35,975 bases of DNA, from the IMG/VR virus record IMGVR_UViG_3300025635_000081, positions 1 through 35,975 of that record; one strand, given 5' to 3'. A program made the position numbers and the translations under genes. Every line of letters begins with the position of its first letter. Position 1 is the first letter of the stretch. The notes below the pieces were generated by a model. It made no database searches, was not told where the DNA came from, and worked only from the letters and a program-made list of their open reading frames with translations. Source of the stretch: a virus. Taxonomy: Duplodnaviria; Caudoviricetes. Below, piece after piece: positions 24,083 through 31,708 of the stretch.

Positions 24083-25403
24083 CCTGCACGACTATCAGAA
24101 CCGCTCGGTCGACTTCATCATCAAACGGCAACGCTGCGGCCTGTTCCTAGAGATGGGACTTGGGAAGACCGCCTCGACGCTCACCGCCATCGCCGACCTG
24201 ACCGGCGGCGCGGTCGTGAACAAGGCGCTCGTCATCGCCCCGCTGCGCGTCGCCAACAGCGTCTGGGCGCAGGAGGCTCTGAAGTGGCGGCACCTGAAGC
24301 ACTTGCGCGTCAGCGTCTGCACCGGTAGTGAGAAACAACGTCTTGCGGCACTACAGACCGAGGCTGATGTTTACGTCATAAATCGCGAGAACGTGGACTG
24401 GCTGGTTGATTTTTACAAGACCAAGTGGCCTTTCGACATGGTCATTATCGATGAAAGCTCGTCCTTCAAAAACCCTTCGTCGAAGCGTTTCCGCGCCATG
24501 CGCAAGGTGCTGCCCTACACTAACTACATGGTGCTCCTAACCGGCACGCCGTCACCGAACGGGCTCCTCGACGTGTGGGCGCAGATGTACATGGTGGACT
24601 TCGGGCAGGCGCTGGGGCGCACGATGACGGCCTACAAACAGCGGTTTTTCGAAAGCGATTACATGGGCTATAAATGGACGCCGCGCGAAGGTTCCGCGCA
24701 GAAGATCCACGACCTTATGACGCCGCATGTGATCCACATGAGCGCAGAAGACTATCTGGAGCTTCCTGACCGGATTGACCTGATTGAGCGCGTCGAGATG
24801 CCTGCGACGGCATTGTCGGCTTATAAAATGTTCGAAAGGAGTCTCTTGGCGGAACTGCCGGACGGCGAGGTTGTGGAGGCAATGACGGCGGCGGTACTCG
24901 CCAACAAGCTCTTGCAATACGCCAATGGCGGAATGTACACTGACGAGAACCACAACTGGTCAGAAATCCACGCCGAGAAACTTGATCGCCTTGCTGAGAT
25001 CATTGAAGACAATCCGAACGAAAATTTGCTGATCGCTTATAATTACAAGTTTGATCTGGAGCGACTGTTGAAGCGTTTTCCGCAGGGGCGTGTTCTCGAC
25101 AAGGAACAACAAACCATTGATGACTGGAATGCCGGCAAGATTAAATTGTTATTTGCGCATCCTGCCTCCGCCGGCCACGGTTTGAATCTTCAGCTTGGAG
25201 GCAATGTCATTATCTGGTTCGGATTGACGTGGTCACTGGAGTTGTACCAGCAATTCAATGCACGCCTGCATCGACAGGGACAAATGAATGCCGTTCGGGT
25301 TGTCCACATCATCTCACGCGGAACGATTGATGAGCGTGTTTTGGCAGTGCTTAACATGAAAGAGAAGACACAAAACATTCTTCTAAAGGCCCTAAAACCC
25401 TAA
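24066..25403 (+). CDS. SNF2-family helicase
   Basis: LHDYQ, LEMGLGKT, IIDESS, LTGTPSPN, HPASAGHGLNLQ, QFNARLHRQGQ. Confidence 0.92.
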   Translation: MLSRTDLHDYQNRSVDFIIKRQRCGLFLEMGLGKTASTLTAIADLTGGAVVNKALVIAPLRVANSVWAQEALKWRHLKHLRVSVCTGSEKQRLAALQTEADVYVINRENVDWLVDFYKTKWPFDMVIIDESSSFKNPSSKRFRAMRKVLPYTNYMVLLTGTPSPNGLLDVWAQMYMVDFGQALGRTMTAYKQRFFESDYMGYKWTPREGSAQKIHDLMTPHVIHMSAEDYLELPDRIDLIERVEMPATALSAYKMFERSLLAELPDGEVVEAMTAAVLANKLLQYANGGMYTDENHNWSEIHAEKLDRLAEIIEDNPNENLLIAYNYKFDLERLLKRFPQGRVLDKEQQTIDDWNAGKIKLLFAHPASAGHGLNLQLGGNVIIWFGLTWSLELYQQFNARLHRQGQMNAVRVVHIISRGTIDERVLAVLNMKEKTQNILLKALKP

Positions 25404-25469
25404 AAGTAAAGCCACTTGACGTAGGGTCTTTTTTTTGAAATTGTCGGGTGGCTTAGAAATGGAGACACA

Positions 25470-25712
25470 ATGAAGTTTATCATCACAATGAACATGCCTG
25501 TCAGGACCAAAGACAAGGCAAATCTGCAACAGCTTGTGCATCAGGTTATCGCAGAGCACCCAGCCAAAAGTCTTGAAGAATTTTTGGAGATCGCTCAAAG
25601 CAATGATTTCATCATTGTCGAGGAGCTATACAAAGACGATTCTGGGTACTTCTCGGTCGGGAAGACAATGCTAAACCATGCACACATTGGAAAAGTAAAA
25701 GTCGCACAGTAG
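25470..25712 (+). CDS. Hypothetical protein
   Basis: GGAG RBS; 80 aa. Confidence 0.75.
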   Translation: MKFIITMNMPVRTKDKANLQQLVHQVIAEHPAKSLEEFLEIAQSNDFIIVEELYKDDSGYFSVGKTMLNHAHIGKVKVAQ

Positions 25713-25715
25713 GAG

Positions 25716-26081
25716 ATGATCATGAGAAAGTCAGTAGATGAGATCTTGAGGCAACGCCAGACGACACACGGGGAGTATTCTGATCAGGCGCTGATCGCGC
25801 AGAACCTGAAGGATATTATTCGTTCATCATCCGGCTACCTGAAAATGAACCCAGCAATGCGCGAAGGCGTTGAGATGATCGCGCACAAGATTGCGCGATG
25901 CTGTGCCGGCGATCCTTATGAGGCTGACCATTGGCTTGATGTTCAGGGTTACGCTGCTCTTGTCCATGCTCGTGTTGCAAAGCCAGAGAACGCCGTTGAG
26001 GATGACGTGAAGTCTATGGTCTCACGTTTGCCTTTAGACATTGTTCCCCGCGAATCGCCTGAAGATGACCCCCGGAACTAA
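25716..26081 (+). CDS. DUF6378-like protein
   Basis: L..R...HG.Y...EMIAHKIAR..AGDP...DHWLDVQGYAAL pattern. Confidence 0.75.
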   Translation: MIMRKSVDEILRQRQTTHGEYSDQALIAQNLKDIIRSSSGYLKMNPAMREGVEMIAHKIARCCAGDPYEADHWLDVQGYAALVHARVAKPENAVEDDVKSMVSRLPLDIVPRESPEDDPRN

Positions 26082-26157
26082 CGACACAGGCTGCGCCATC
26101 GTCACACTGATCGCACTCATTGCGGCGGTGGCGTTTATTATATCGAGGATGACATGA
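26065..26157 (+). CDS. Possible 30-aa single-TM membrane peptide (not in ORF track)
   Basis: MTPGTNDTGCAIVTLIALIAAVAFIISRMT; its stop overlaps the next ATG (ATGA). Confidence 0.45.
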   Translation: MTPGTNDTGCAIVTLIALIAAVAFIISRMT

Positions 26158-26420
26158 GCGATATCCGCACCCGCGTCATAACTGCGCTAGAAGGCGCGCG
26201 CTTTGAAGATGAAGCGCAGCGCGAGAAGGTATTTGCGCAAGTCGAAGCCGCATTCCGCGCCATCCAATCCGACGCGCGAGAGAGCGCGATACGGGAGGCG
26301 GCTGTTGTCGCAAAGGTTGGCTGGCTGCACTGCGAATATGGCGAGCTTGCCGACGCCGACTGCATGTGCGCGCTGTCCGAACACACGGAAGCAGCCATCC
26401 TCGCGCTCATTGAGAAGTAA
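26154..26420 (+). CDS. Hypothetical protein
   Basis: GAGG RBS; 88 aa. Confidence 0.65.
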   Translation: MSDIRTRVITALEGARFEDEAQREKVFAQVEAAFRAIQSDARESAIREAAVVAKVGWLHCEYGELADADCMCALSEHTEAAILALIEK

Positions 26421-26423
26421 TAG

Positions 26424-26840
26424 ATGATGGGCAACATATCTTGTTCAGAATGCGGGATAGTGTTCGGCGTTCCAGATGGCTGGCACGAATCGCGCCGCAA
26501 TGATGGAAAGTCTTTCTATTGCCCAAATGGGCATGGCCAGCATTACCCGAAAGGCGAAAGCGAAAAAGAAAAGCTGCGACGCGAACGCGACTTGCTTGCA
26601 CAGCGAGTTGCCCAGCGCGACGACGAAATCAAACGCCAGCGCGAATTGAAGGAAGCCGCCGAGCGCCGCGAAGCCGTACAGAAGGCAAACGTCACCAAGC
26701 TGAAAAAACGCGCTGGCGCTGGCATATGCCCATGCTGCAATCGAACGGTTCTCGCCCTTCAACGGCACATGGCGTCCAAGCATCCCGGATTCCAGAAGGA
26801 ACAGGGGTTGAATATCATACCCATGCGCAAGCCAGCCTGA
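26424..26840 (+). CDS. Zn-finger/coiled-coil protein
   Basis: CSECG...FYCPNGH, coiled coil, CPCCNR...LQRHMASKH (C2H2-like). Confidence 0.75.
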   Translation: MMGNISCSECGIVFGVPDGWHESRRNDGKSFYCPNGHGQHYPKGESEKEKLRRERDLLAQRVAQRDDEIKRQRELKEAAERREAVQKANVTKLKKRAGAGICPCCNRTVLALQRHMASKHPGFQKEQGLNIIPMRKPA

Positions 26841-26902
26841 GCCCTCGCCATGATAACCCCGGAAGCAGCGGCACGGCGACCACTCACTATGGACGAGGCC
26901 GC

Positions 26903-26959
26903 ATGAGCACCCGCGCCGCCAAAGTCACTCAAGCCGATGTCGCCCTCGCAATCCGCTAG
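26903..26959 (+). pseudogene. Truncated small phage gene MSTRAAKVTQADVALAIR
   Basis: GAGG RBS; resembles the start of the alphaproteobacterial prophage MS.R.A..TQADV.RA proteins, but stops after 18 aa. Confidence 0.4.
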
Positions 26960-26969
26960 GGCGGGCTCC

Positions 26970-27545
26970 TTATTTCCGTTTCCGTGAACGCGCGGCCTTG
27001 CTTTCCGCAGCAATAGCCAGAGCCAGCTTCTTCCGCCCGCCTTTGGCAATCGACGCCAGCGCCGTTGACCGAGGCCAGCCGGTACGCGCCACGCATTCAT
27101 CGTCCGATATGGCGAGGTTGCCCCACACAAGCCGCGCGTCCTCGTCGCTCATGCGTCCCGCCGTGCGCTTGATCTTTGCCGCCCGCGCCATTGCCGCCGC
27201 GCGCTTGGCTGTCATGCCGCGCTGCTGCGCGTGGACGATAGACAAAGCCCTGTCGAGCATAGCTGCGCCTGTCCCGGCGATGTTGCCGGTTTCGATTTCC
27301 ACAACGTCTGCGCCCTGCGCCTGAATGTGTTTGACGAATGCGAGCATTTCGCCGCGCGTCTTCCCGGCCACAGTCAGATCACGCACCGCGACAAACTTTC
27401 CCGAACGGGATTTCCATTCGGAATAGTGTTCGCCCTTCGTCGCCGCGCATCGAACGTCCTTCGTGGGGATGCCGCACGCCTTCGCCATATCAGCGCGGTC
27501 GGCTTCGGTCGCTACATAGGCGCGGTCTATTTTTGGGATTTCCAC
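26970..27545 (-). CDS. Hypothetical protein with remote, degenerate serine-recombinase-like fold and HTH
   Basis: RAYV...VAVRDLTVAGKTRGEMLAFVKHIQAQGADVVEIETG echoes the resolvase pattern but lacks the YxRVS and DRLxR motifs; probable GTG start at 27545. Confidence 0.5.
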   Translation of the reverse strand: MEIPKIDRAYVATEADRADMAKACGIPTKDVRCAATKGEHYSEWKSRSGKFVAVRDLTVAGKTRGEMLAFVKHIQAQGADVVEIETGNIAGTGAAMLDRALSIVHAQQRGMTAKRAAAMARAAKIKRTAGRMSDEDARLVWGNLAISDDECVARTGWPRSTALASIAKGGRKKLALAIAAESKAARSRKRK

Positions 27546-27728
27546 TGCGTCACCAATGCGAATGTCAGATTTTGAATCTAACGCATCTGGACAAGTGAAG
27601 CAAGAGAGCGTATTTTGTAATTCTGGGCTGGGCGACAAGAGCTGTAGGCTTGCCAGCCGGGAGCATTTAGATGTGCTGGATAGCGCCAGCGCCGCCGCCC
27701 GGACGCCCAATTGAGAAAGGCCAGAAAA

Positions 27729-28004
27729 ATGAGGAAATCATTTCGAGACAACATTCGCGTTGAAGTGACACCCGCGTCACCGTTCTTTGGTGAGTTCACC
27801 GAAGAAAAACAAATGACAGCTTCCAGAGATATAGAACGGTCGATCAAGCGGCACATTGACGGCATTGGGACCATTGCGGTCGTGTATGACATTGTTGGCG
27901 TCTGCTCGCACTGTGGCTCAAAATGGACAGAAGCCAGCGACAGTTACAACGGCGGCTGCTGCGAGGGCGACGAGGCCAATAATCCGCAACCCGCAGCAGC
28001 GTAG
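27729..28004 (+). CDS. Hypothetical Cys-rich protein
   Basis: CSHCG...GGCC; starts in the 18-bp element. Confidence 0.7.
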   Translation: MRKSFRDNIRVEVTPASPFFGEFTEEKQMTASRDIERSIKRHIDGIGTIAVVYDIVGVCSHCGSKWTEASDSYNGGCCEGDEANNPQPAAA

Positions 28005-28020
28005 AAGAAAGGCCAGAAAA

Positions 28021-28461
28021 ATGAGTTTGGATGTTTATCTGAGAGGGGCGCAGCCAATGCCGCGAGGCAGCGGGATATTTGTGCGCCGCGATGGCCGCCG
28101 CGAAGAAATTTCCCGCGCTGATTGGGATGCTGCGTTTCCCGGTCGCGAGCCGGTAATTGCTGTGGCAGAGCCGGTAGAATGCTATTCCGCGAACATCACA
28201 CACAACCTCGGCAGGATGGCTGGTGAAGCCGGTATCTACAAGGCTCTCTGGCGACCGGAGGAAATTGGGATTGATACTGCCAAGCAGCTTATTAATCCAC
28301 TATCCGCAGGTCTCGTTCTATTGAAGGCGAAGCCAGATCACTTCAAGCAATTCAACCCTGAAAATGGATGGGGTACATACGAAGGGCTTGTCAATTTCGT
28401 GTCCGAATATCTTGACGCCTGTAAAGCCTATCCAGAGGCTTCCGTGAGCGTTTCGCGATAA
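28021..28461 (+). CDS. Hypothetical phage protein
   Basis: MSLDVYL...ANITHNLGRMA...NPENGWGTYEGLVNFV..YL.AC; starts in the 18-bp element. Confidence 0.8.
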   Translation: MSLDVYLRGAQPMPRGSGIFVRRDGRREEISRADWDAAFPGREPVIAVAEPVECYSANITHNLGRMAGEAGIYKALWRPEEIGIDTAKQLINPLSAGLVLLKAKPDHFKQFNPENGWGTYEGLVNFVSEYLDACKAYPEASVSVSR

Positions 28462-28482
28462 CCCGCAAGAAAGGCCAGAAAA

Positions 28483-28893
28483 ATGCTCCGAGTCTACACC
28501 GCCAGCAAGTTGAAGCACGCGCCAAAGTGGCGAGACCTATGCGCCTCCACTCCGGGCATTCAGGCTCATGCCCGATGGCTCAAGCACAACGTCATCGGCA
28601 CGCCAGATAGCCCGGAACACGCGGCGGAGTTTTGGCTGCAAGATGAGCAAGACGTTCGCGATGCGGATGCAGTGCTGGTCTATGGGGAAGGCGACGACAA
28701 GATTCGCGGCGCTCTTGTCGAAGCGGGGATGGCCATTGCCTGCGGCATCCCGGTTGTCGTTGTTGGGAGCCACCCAGATTATGGGACGTGGCAGTTTCAC
28801 CCCGGCGTTACCCAAATGCCTGACATCGAGTCTGCCGTCGCATTTATTCGTTCATTGGAGCCGAGATACCGCCGTATCTCACGCGCAGCATAA
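28483..28893 (+). CDS. Nucleoside 2-deoxyribosyltransferase/N-glycosidase-like protein
   Basis: RVYTAS...DEQDVRDADAVLVY...GALVEAGMAIACGIPVVVVG. Confidence 0.75.
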   Translation: MLRVYTASKLKHAPKWRDLCASTPGIQAHARWLKHNVIGTPDSPEHAAEFWLQDEQDVRDADAVLVYGEGDDKIRGALVEAGMAIACGIPVVVVGSHPDYGTWQFHPGVTQMPDIESAVAFIRSLEPRYRRISRAA

Positions 28894-28934
28894 AAGGCCG
28901 CTTACAAAAATCAAGATAACCATAGGAGCACACC

Positions 28935-29513
28935 TTGAGGAAAACACTTTTTGTTCTGACTTTCTTGGCCTTCTTGCCGCCGCGACCCGCCGCCGCAGAG
29001 ATGTCCGCAGCGGAATACTTTGCTAGAGACAGGTCCAGCAATTGGACAGGCCCGCTAGTCAATGATGTCTACACTCCCTACGGGAAATTACCAAAAACCT
29101 ATGCGCCGGCAGATCGGCAATACGTTGCTCGCATCGTCGAGCGGCATGCGCGGATGCGGCTGGGCGAGCGTTGGGTCAGCACGGCGCTGCGCCTGACCCG
29201 GCTGGAGAGCGGATTCCGCTGCGGTGCTCAGGGGCCTCGCGTAAAGTCTCACGGTGGCGCGAGGGCGCAGGGTGCGCTGCAAGTCATGCCGCGCACAGCC
29301 ATTGCGATGGGTCTGGATTCGCGCAGGCTGACCGAGTGCGAGTACGGCATCGCTGCCGGGATCATGCACATGGAGCGTTGCATCGCCGCCGGAGTCCGCA
29401 CGCACAATCAGATGGCTGCATGTCATGTTGCAGGCTGGGGCGGCTGGAACAAGCGCCTTGCCACACGCCCTGAGCAGTACAAACAGAAGTACATCCGCAT
29501 GGCGATGCGGTAA
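28935..29513 (+). CDS. Lytic transglycosylase (SLT) with signal peptide
   Basis: LESGF catalytic motif, AQGALQVMPRTA; N-terminal MRKTLFVLTFLAFLPPRPAAA; TTG start with AGGAG RBS. Confidence 0.85.
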   Translation: MRKTLFVLTFLAFLPPRPAAAEMSAAEYFARDRSSNWTGPLVNDVYTPYGKLPKTYAPADRQYVARIVERHARMRLGERWVSTALRLTRLESGFRCGAQGPRVKSHGGARAQGALQVMPRTAIAMGLDSRRLTECEYGIAAGIMHMERCIAAGVRTHNQMAACHVAGWGGWNKRLATRPEQYKQKYIRMAMR

Positions 29514-29528
29514 AAGAAAGGCCCTGCA

Positions 29529-29651
29529 ATGGATTACTTAATATTCATGCTGGCGATATCTTTGACACTCGTCAACGTAGGCTTGGCGGCTTTGGTTGTC
29601 TGGCTTATCAATGAATTGTTGCCCGACGTTATAAGAAAATGGAGGAAATAA
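29529..29651 (+). CDS. 40-aa single-TM membrane protein (not in ORF track)
   Basis: MDYLIFMLAISLTLVNVGLAALVVWLINELLPDVIRKWRK; fills the gap exactly up to the next ATG. Confidence 0.6.
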   Translation: MDYLIFMLAISLTLVNVGLAALVVWLINELLPDVIRKWRK

Positions 29652-29993
29652 ATGCAGACGATAGAAGAGTTACGGGCGCATTATAAAGCAGTCAAAGCGC
29701 GCCTGAATGCTGGCCCCAAAAAAGAGTTAGTCGTTACGATTCCAAGGCTGGTTACTAAAGGTGAGCGGATATTGATGGAAGTCGCAGCGAAACATGAGAT
29801 CAAATTGATTGACTTAAGGTCTCACTCTCGCGGGAGGAGGATATCTGCGGCAAGATGGGAGTGTATGTATAGACTCAGGACAGAATTAAATCTATCGTTA
29901 TCTTCTATTGGCAAGTTTATGAATAAGGATCACACATCCGTTTTATATGGCATTCGCAAGTATGAAAAAACCCACCTGCAAGAGGTGGGTTAA
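29652..29993 (+). CDS. Stand-alone DnaA C-terminal (domain IV)-like DNA-binding protein
   Basis: ILMEVAAKHEI...DLRSHSRGRRISAARWECMYRLR.ELNLSLSSIGKFMNKDHTSVLYGIRK. Confidence 0.85.
   Translation: MQTIEELRAHYKAVKARLNAGPKKELVVTIPRLVTKGERILMEVAAKHEIKLIDLRSHSRGRRISAARWECMYRLRTELNLSLSSIGKFMNKDHTSVLYGIRKYEKTHLQEVG
29965..29991 (-). terminator. Possible minus-strand terminator
   Basis: AACCCACCT-GCAAG-AGGTGGGTT with an A-run on the + strand (U-tail on the - strand). Confidence 0.4.
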
Positions 29994-30047
29994 GTTGGGT
30001 TTTGGGACGCCCGATTGAACCAGATTAACAATCAGACGGAGACGACT

Positions 30048-30503
30048 ATGAGCCAGAGTGAAGAATTAAACAATAAGATTATCGTCATGTGGAATGCAAA
30101 AATGATATCATCGGAGATTGCAACAGCTCTGCATGTTACGCGAAGCGTTGTCATGGGGCGCATCTTTCGTCTTCGTAAAAAGGGCGTGTATCTGCGCTCT
30201 CCTGACAAGAAAAAACTTACGCCGATAATTAAACGTGAAGTCAAAACGCGCAAGGGTTGGGTTCTAAAAAGCACGCCAAAAGTCAAGACCACGCCCAATA
30301 TATCATTAGAACAACTTTTTCTTAATATACCGGAGCCATCTGCGACCATTAGTATTATGGATCTTACCAATAAATCATGCAGGTATATAATTGATTCAGA
30401 TCGGCGTCGAGGCGCAATTTATTGCGGCTCTCCAAAGCAATACAAGTCATACTGCAAGGCCCATGCAGACTTGTGCTACGTTCCTCTTAGGTCATCAGTC
30501 TAA
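30048..30503 (+). CDS. gcrA: GcrA-like cell-cycle regulator
   Basis: N-terminal HTH W...SSEIATALHVTRSVVMGRIFRL; C-terminal IMDLTNKSCRYII...YCG.P...SYCKAHADLCY; ATG 30048 with GGAG. Confidence 0.85.
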   Translation: MSQSEELNNKIIVMWNAKMISSEIATALHVTRSVVMGRIFRLRKKGVYLRSPDKKKLTPIIKREVKTRKGWVLKSTPKVKTTPNISLEQLFLNIPEPSATISIMDLTNKSCRYIIDSDRRRGAIYCGSPKQYKSYCKAHADLCYVPLRSSV

Positions 30504-30799
30504 TTTTCAATTCTTGGAATAGTATTCTGTCGAGCAGAAACGAGAGCGGCAATCAAGTTGCTCTCGTTATTCGCCTTAACCATTTCGTTACGAAACGATT
30601 CAGTTGCCGCCGCCCCTTGGCGCGTCTCTTTTGCGACTTCGATCTGAAGTAACGGAAGAGCTGCAATGGCGCAGATCCACTCGTCTATTTCTTGCCCCGT
30701 GTTCGGATTTGTGCCACGCAAGCAGGTAAACCACGCGCACCTCATTTGCACGCAGTCCTTTTTTATAAGAGGACAGAACTCACCATTTTTAAGCTGCAT
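30500..30799 (-). CDS. Cys-rich protein downstream of the tail fibre
   Basis: CPLIKKDC...CAWF..RGTNPNTGQEIDEWICAI...AAATESFRNEMV. Confidence 0.75.
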   Translation of the reverse strand: MQLKNGEFCPLIKKDCVQMRCAWFTCLRGTNPNTGQEIDEWICAIAALPLLQIEVAKETRQGAAATESFRNEMVKANNESNLIAALVSARQNTIPRIEN

Positions 30800-30801
30800 G
30801 G

Positions 30802-31698
30802 TTAATCCTTAGTCGCTATAATTAGGTCAACATACTGCACCGCAAAGTCCATTGCGGTCCCGCTTCCCGTGTTGCCTATCGTGATTCCAGTAGTTGCAGC
30901 AGCAAGCTGTTCTCCTACTGTATTAGATGGTGTAGCACCCGTGAATGTATAATTATTGTTATTCGCATTTGCGAGAGCAAATCCACCAGTACCATTGATA
31001 AAATCAGAAGCATTTGACGATATGCGCGTGAGATGTCCATGACCGGGGTCAGTCACACCATGCGTATGTGATGGAAGATTGGCTACATCAATCGTGCGAG
31101 ACGTAAAAACATCCGTGAACGCCGTCGACCCGCCACTGCCGGCGGCTCCAGAGACAACACGCAGCGCCTTGTTGTTGTGTGTCGTGTCTTTAGTCCAGCC
31201 AGTTGGAGCAGCAGTCTGTTGGAATAGCATTTTGGTTCCAGAAGGAACTATTGGGTCCGGTATCGAAACACGATCATCTGCAATTGCTATGTTTGTACCA
31301 TCACTATAAATAATTGTTCTCTTGCCCTGAGTGCAAGCAACAGACGTCCCGCCACCAGAAATTGGCGAAATCGTAACTGTAAAGCTGCCGCTCGTATTAT
31401 TGTAAACAATCCACTGGCCGCCCACAATTGCCGTTGCGGAGGTGTTCTGTGGCAGCGTGTAAATGGCGTTCCCCGTCATCACGCCCGTGACCGTGATGAT
31501 CAGGTTGCGGGTCTGCGTGATGGTCAGATTGACGGTTCCGACAGAGCCTGTGGCATTGAGTGAAAGGCCGCCACCGAACGCCGTGTCGATGGCGTCCCAA
31601 TCATCGTTGACCGGCCCCGACCAGCCCGTAGGATTGGCAGCGTAGTCGTTGTAGGCAGGCTTCTCCAAAGATTTATTACTCGTGTAAGACGAAGCCAT
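30802..31698 (-). CDS. Tail fibre protein with collar-like domain
   Basis: Thr/Gly-rich; VPSGTKMLFQQTAAPTGWTK, LPSHTHGVTDPGHGH, QYVDLIIATKD; ATG 31698. Confidence 0.85.
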   Translation of the reverse strand: MASSYTSNKSLEKPAYNDYAANPTGWSGPVNDDWDAIDTAFGGGLSLNATGSVGTVNLTITQTRNLIITVTGVMTGNAIYTLPQNTSATAIVGGQWIVYNNTSGSFTVTISPISGGGTSVACTQGKRTIIYSDGTNIAIADDRVSIPDPIVPSGTKMLFQQTAAPTGWTKDTTHNNKALRVVSGAAGSGGSTAFTDVFTSRTIDVANLPSHTHGVTDPGHGHLTRISSNASDFINGTGGFALANANNNNYTFTGATPSNTVGEQLAAATTGITIGNTGSGTAMDFAVQYVDLIIATKD

Positions 31699-31708
31699 TT
31701 TGTAGCCC

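Larger units (their letters stand above)
27714..28485 (+). repeat. Three dispersed identical 18-bp start elements AGAAAGGCCAGAAAAATG
   Basis: At 27714-27731, 28006-28023 and 28468-28485, each supplying the ATG of a gene. Confidence 0.9.
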
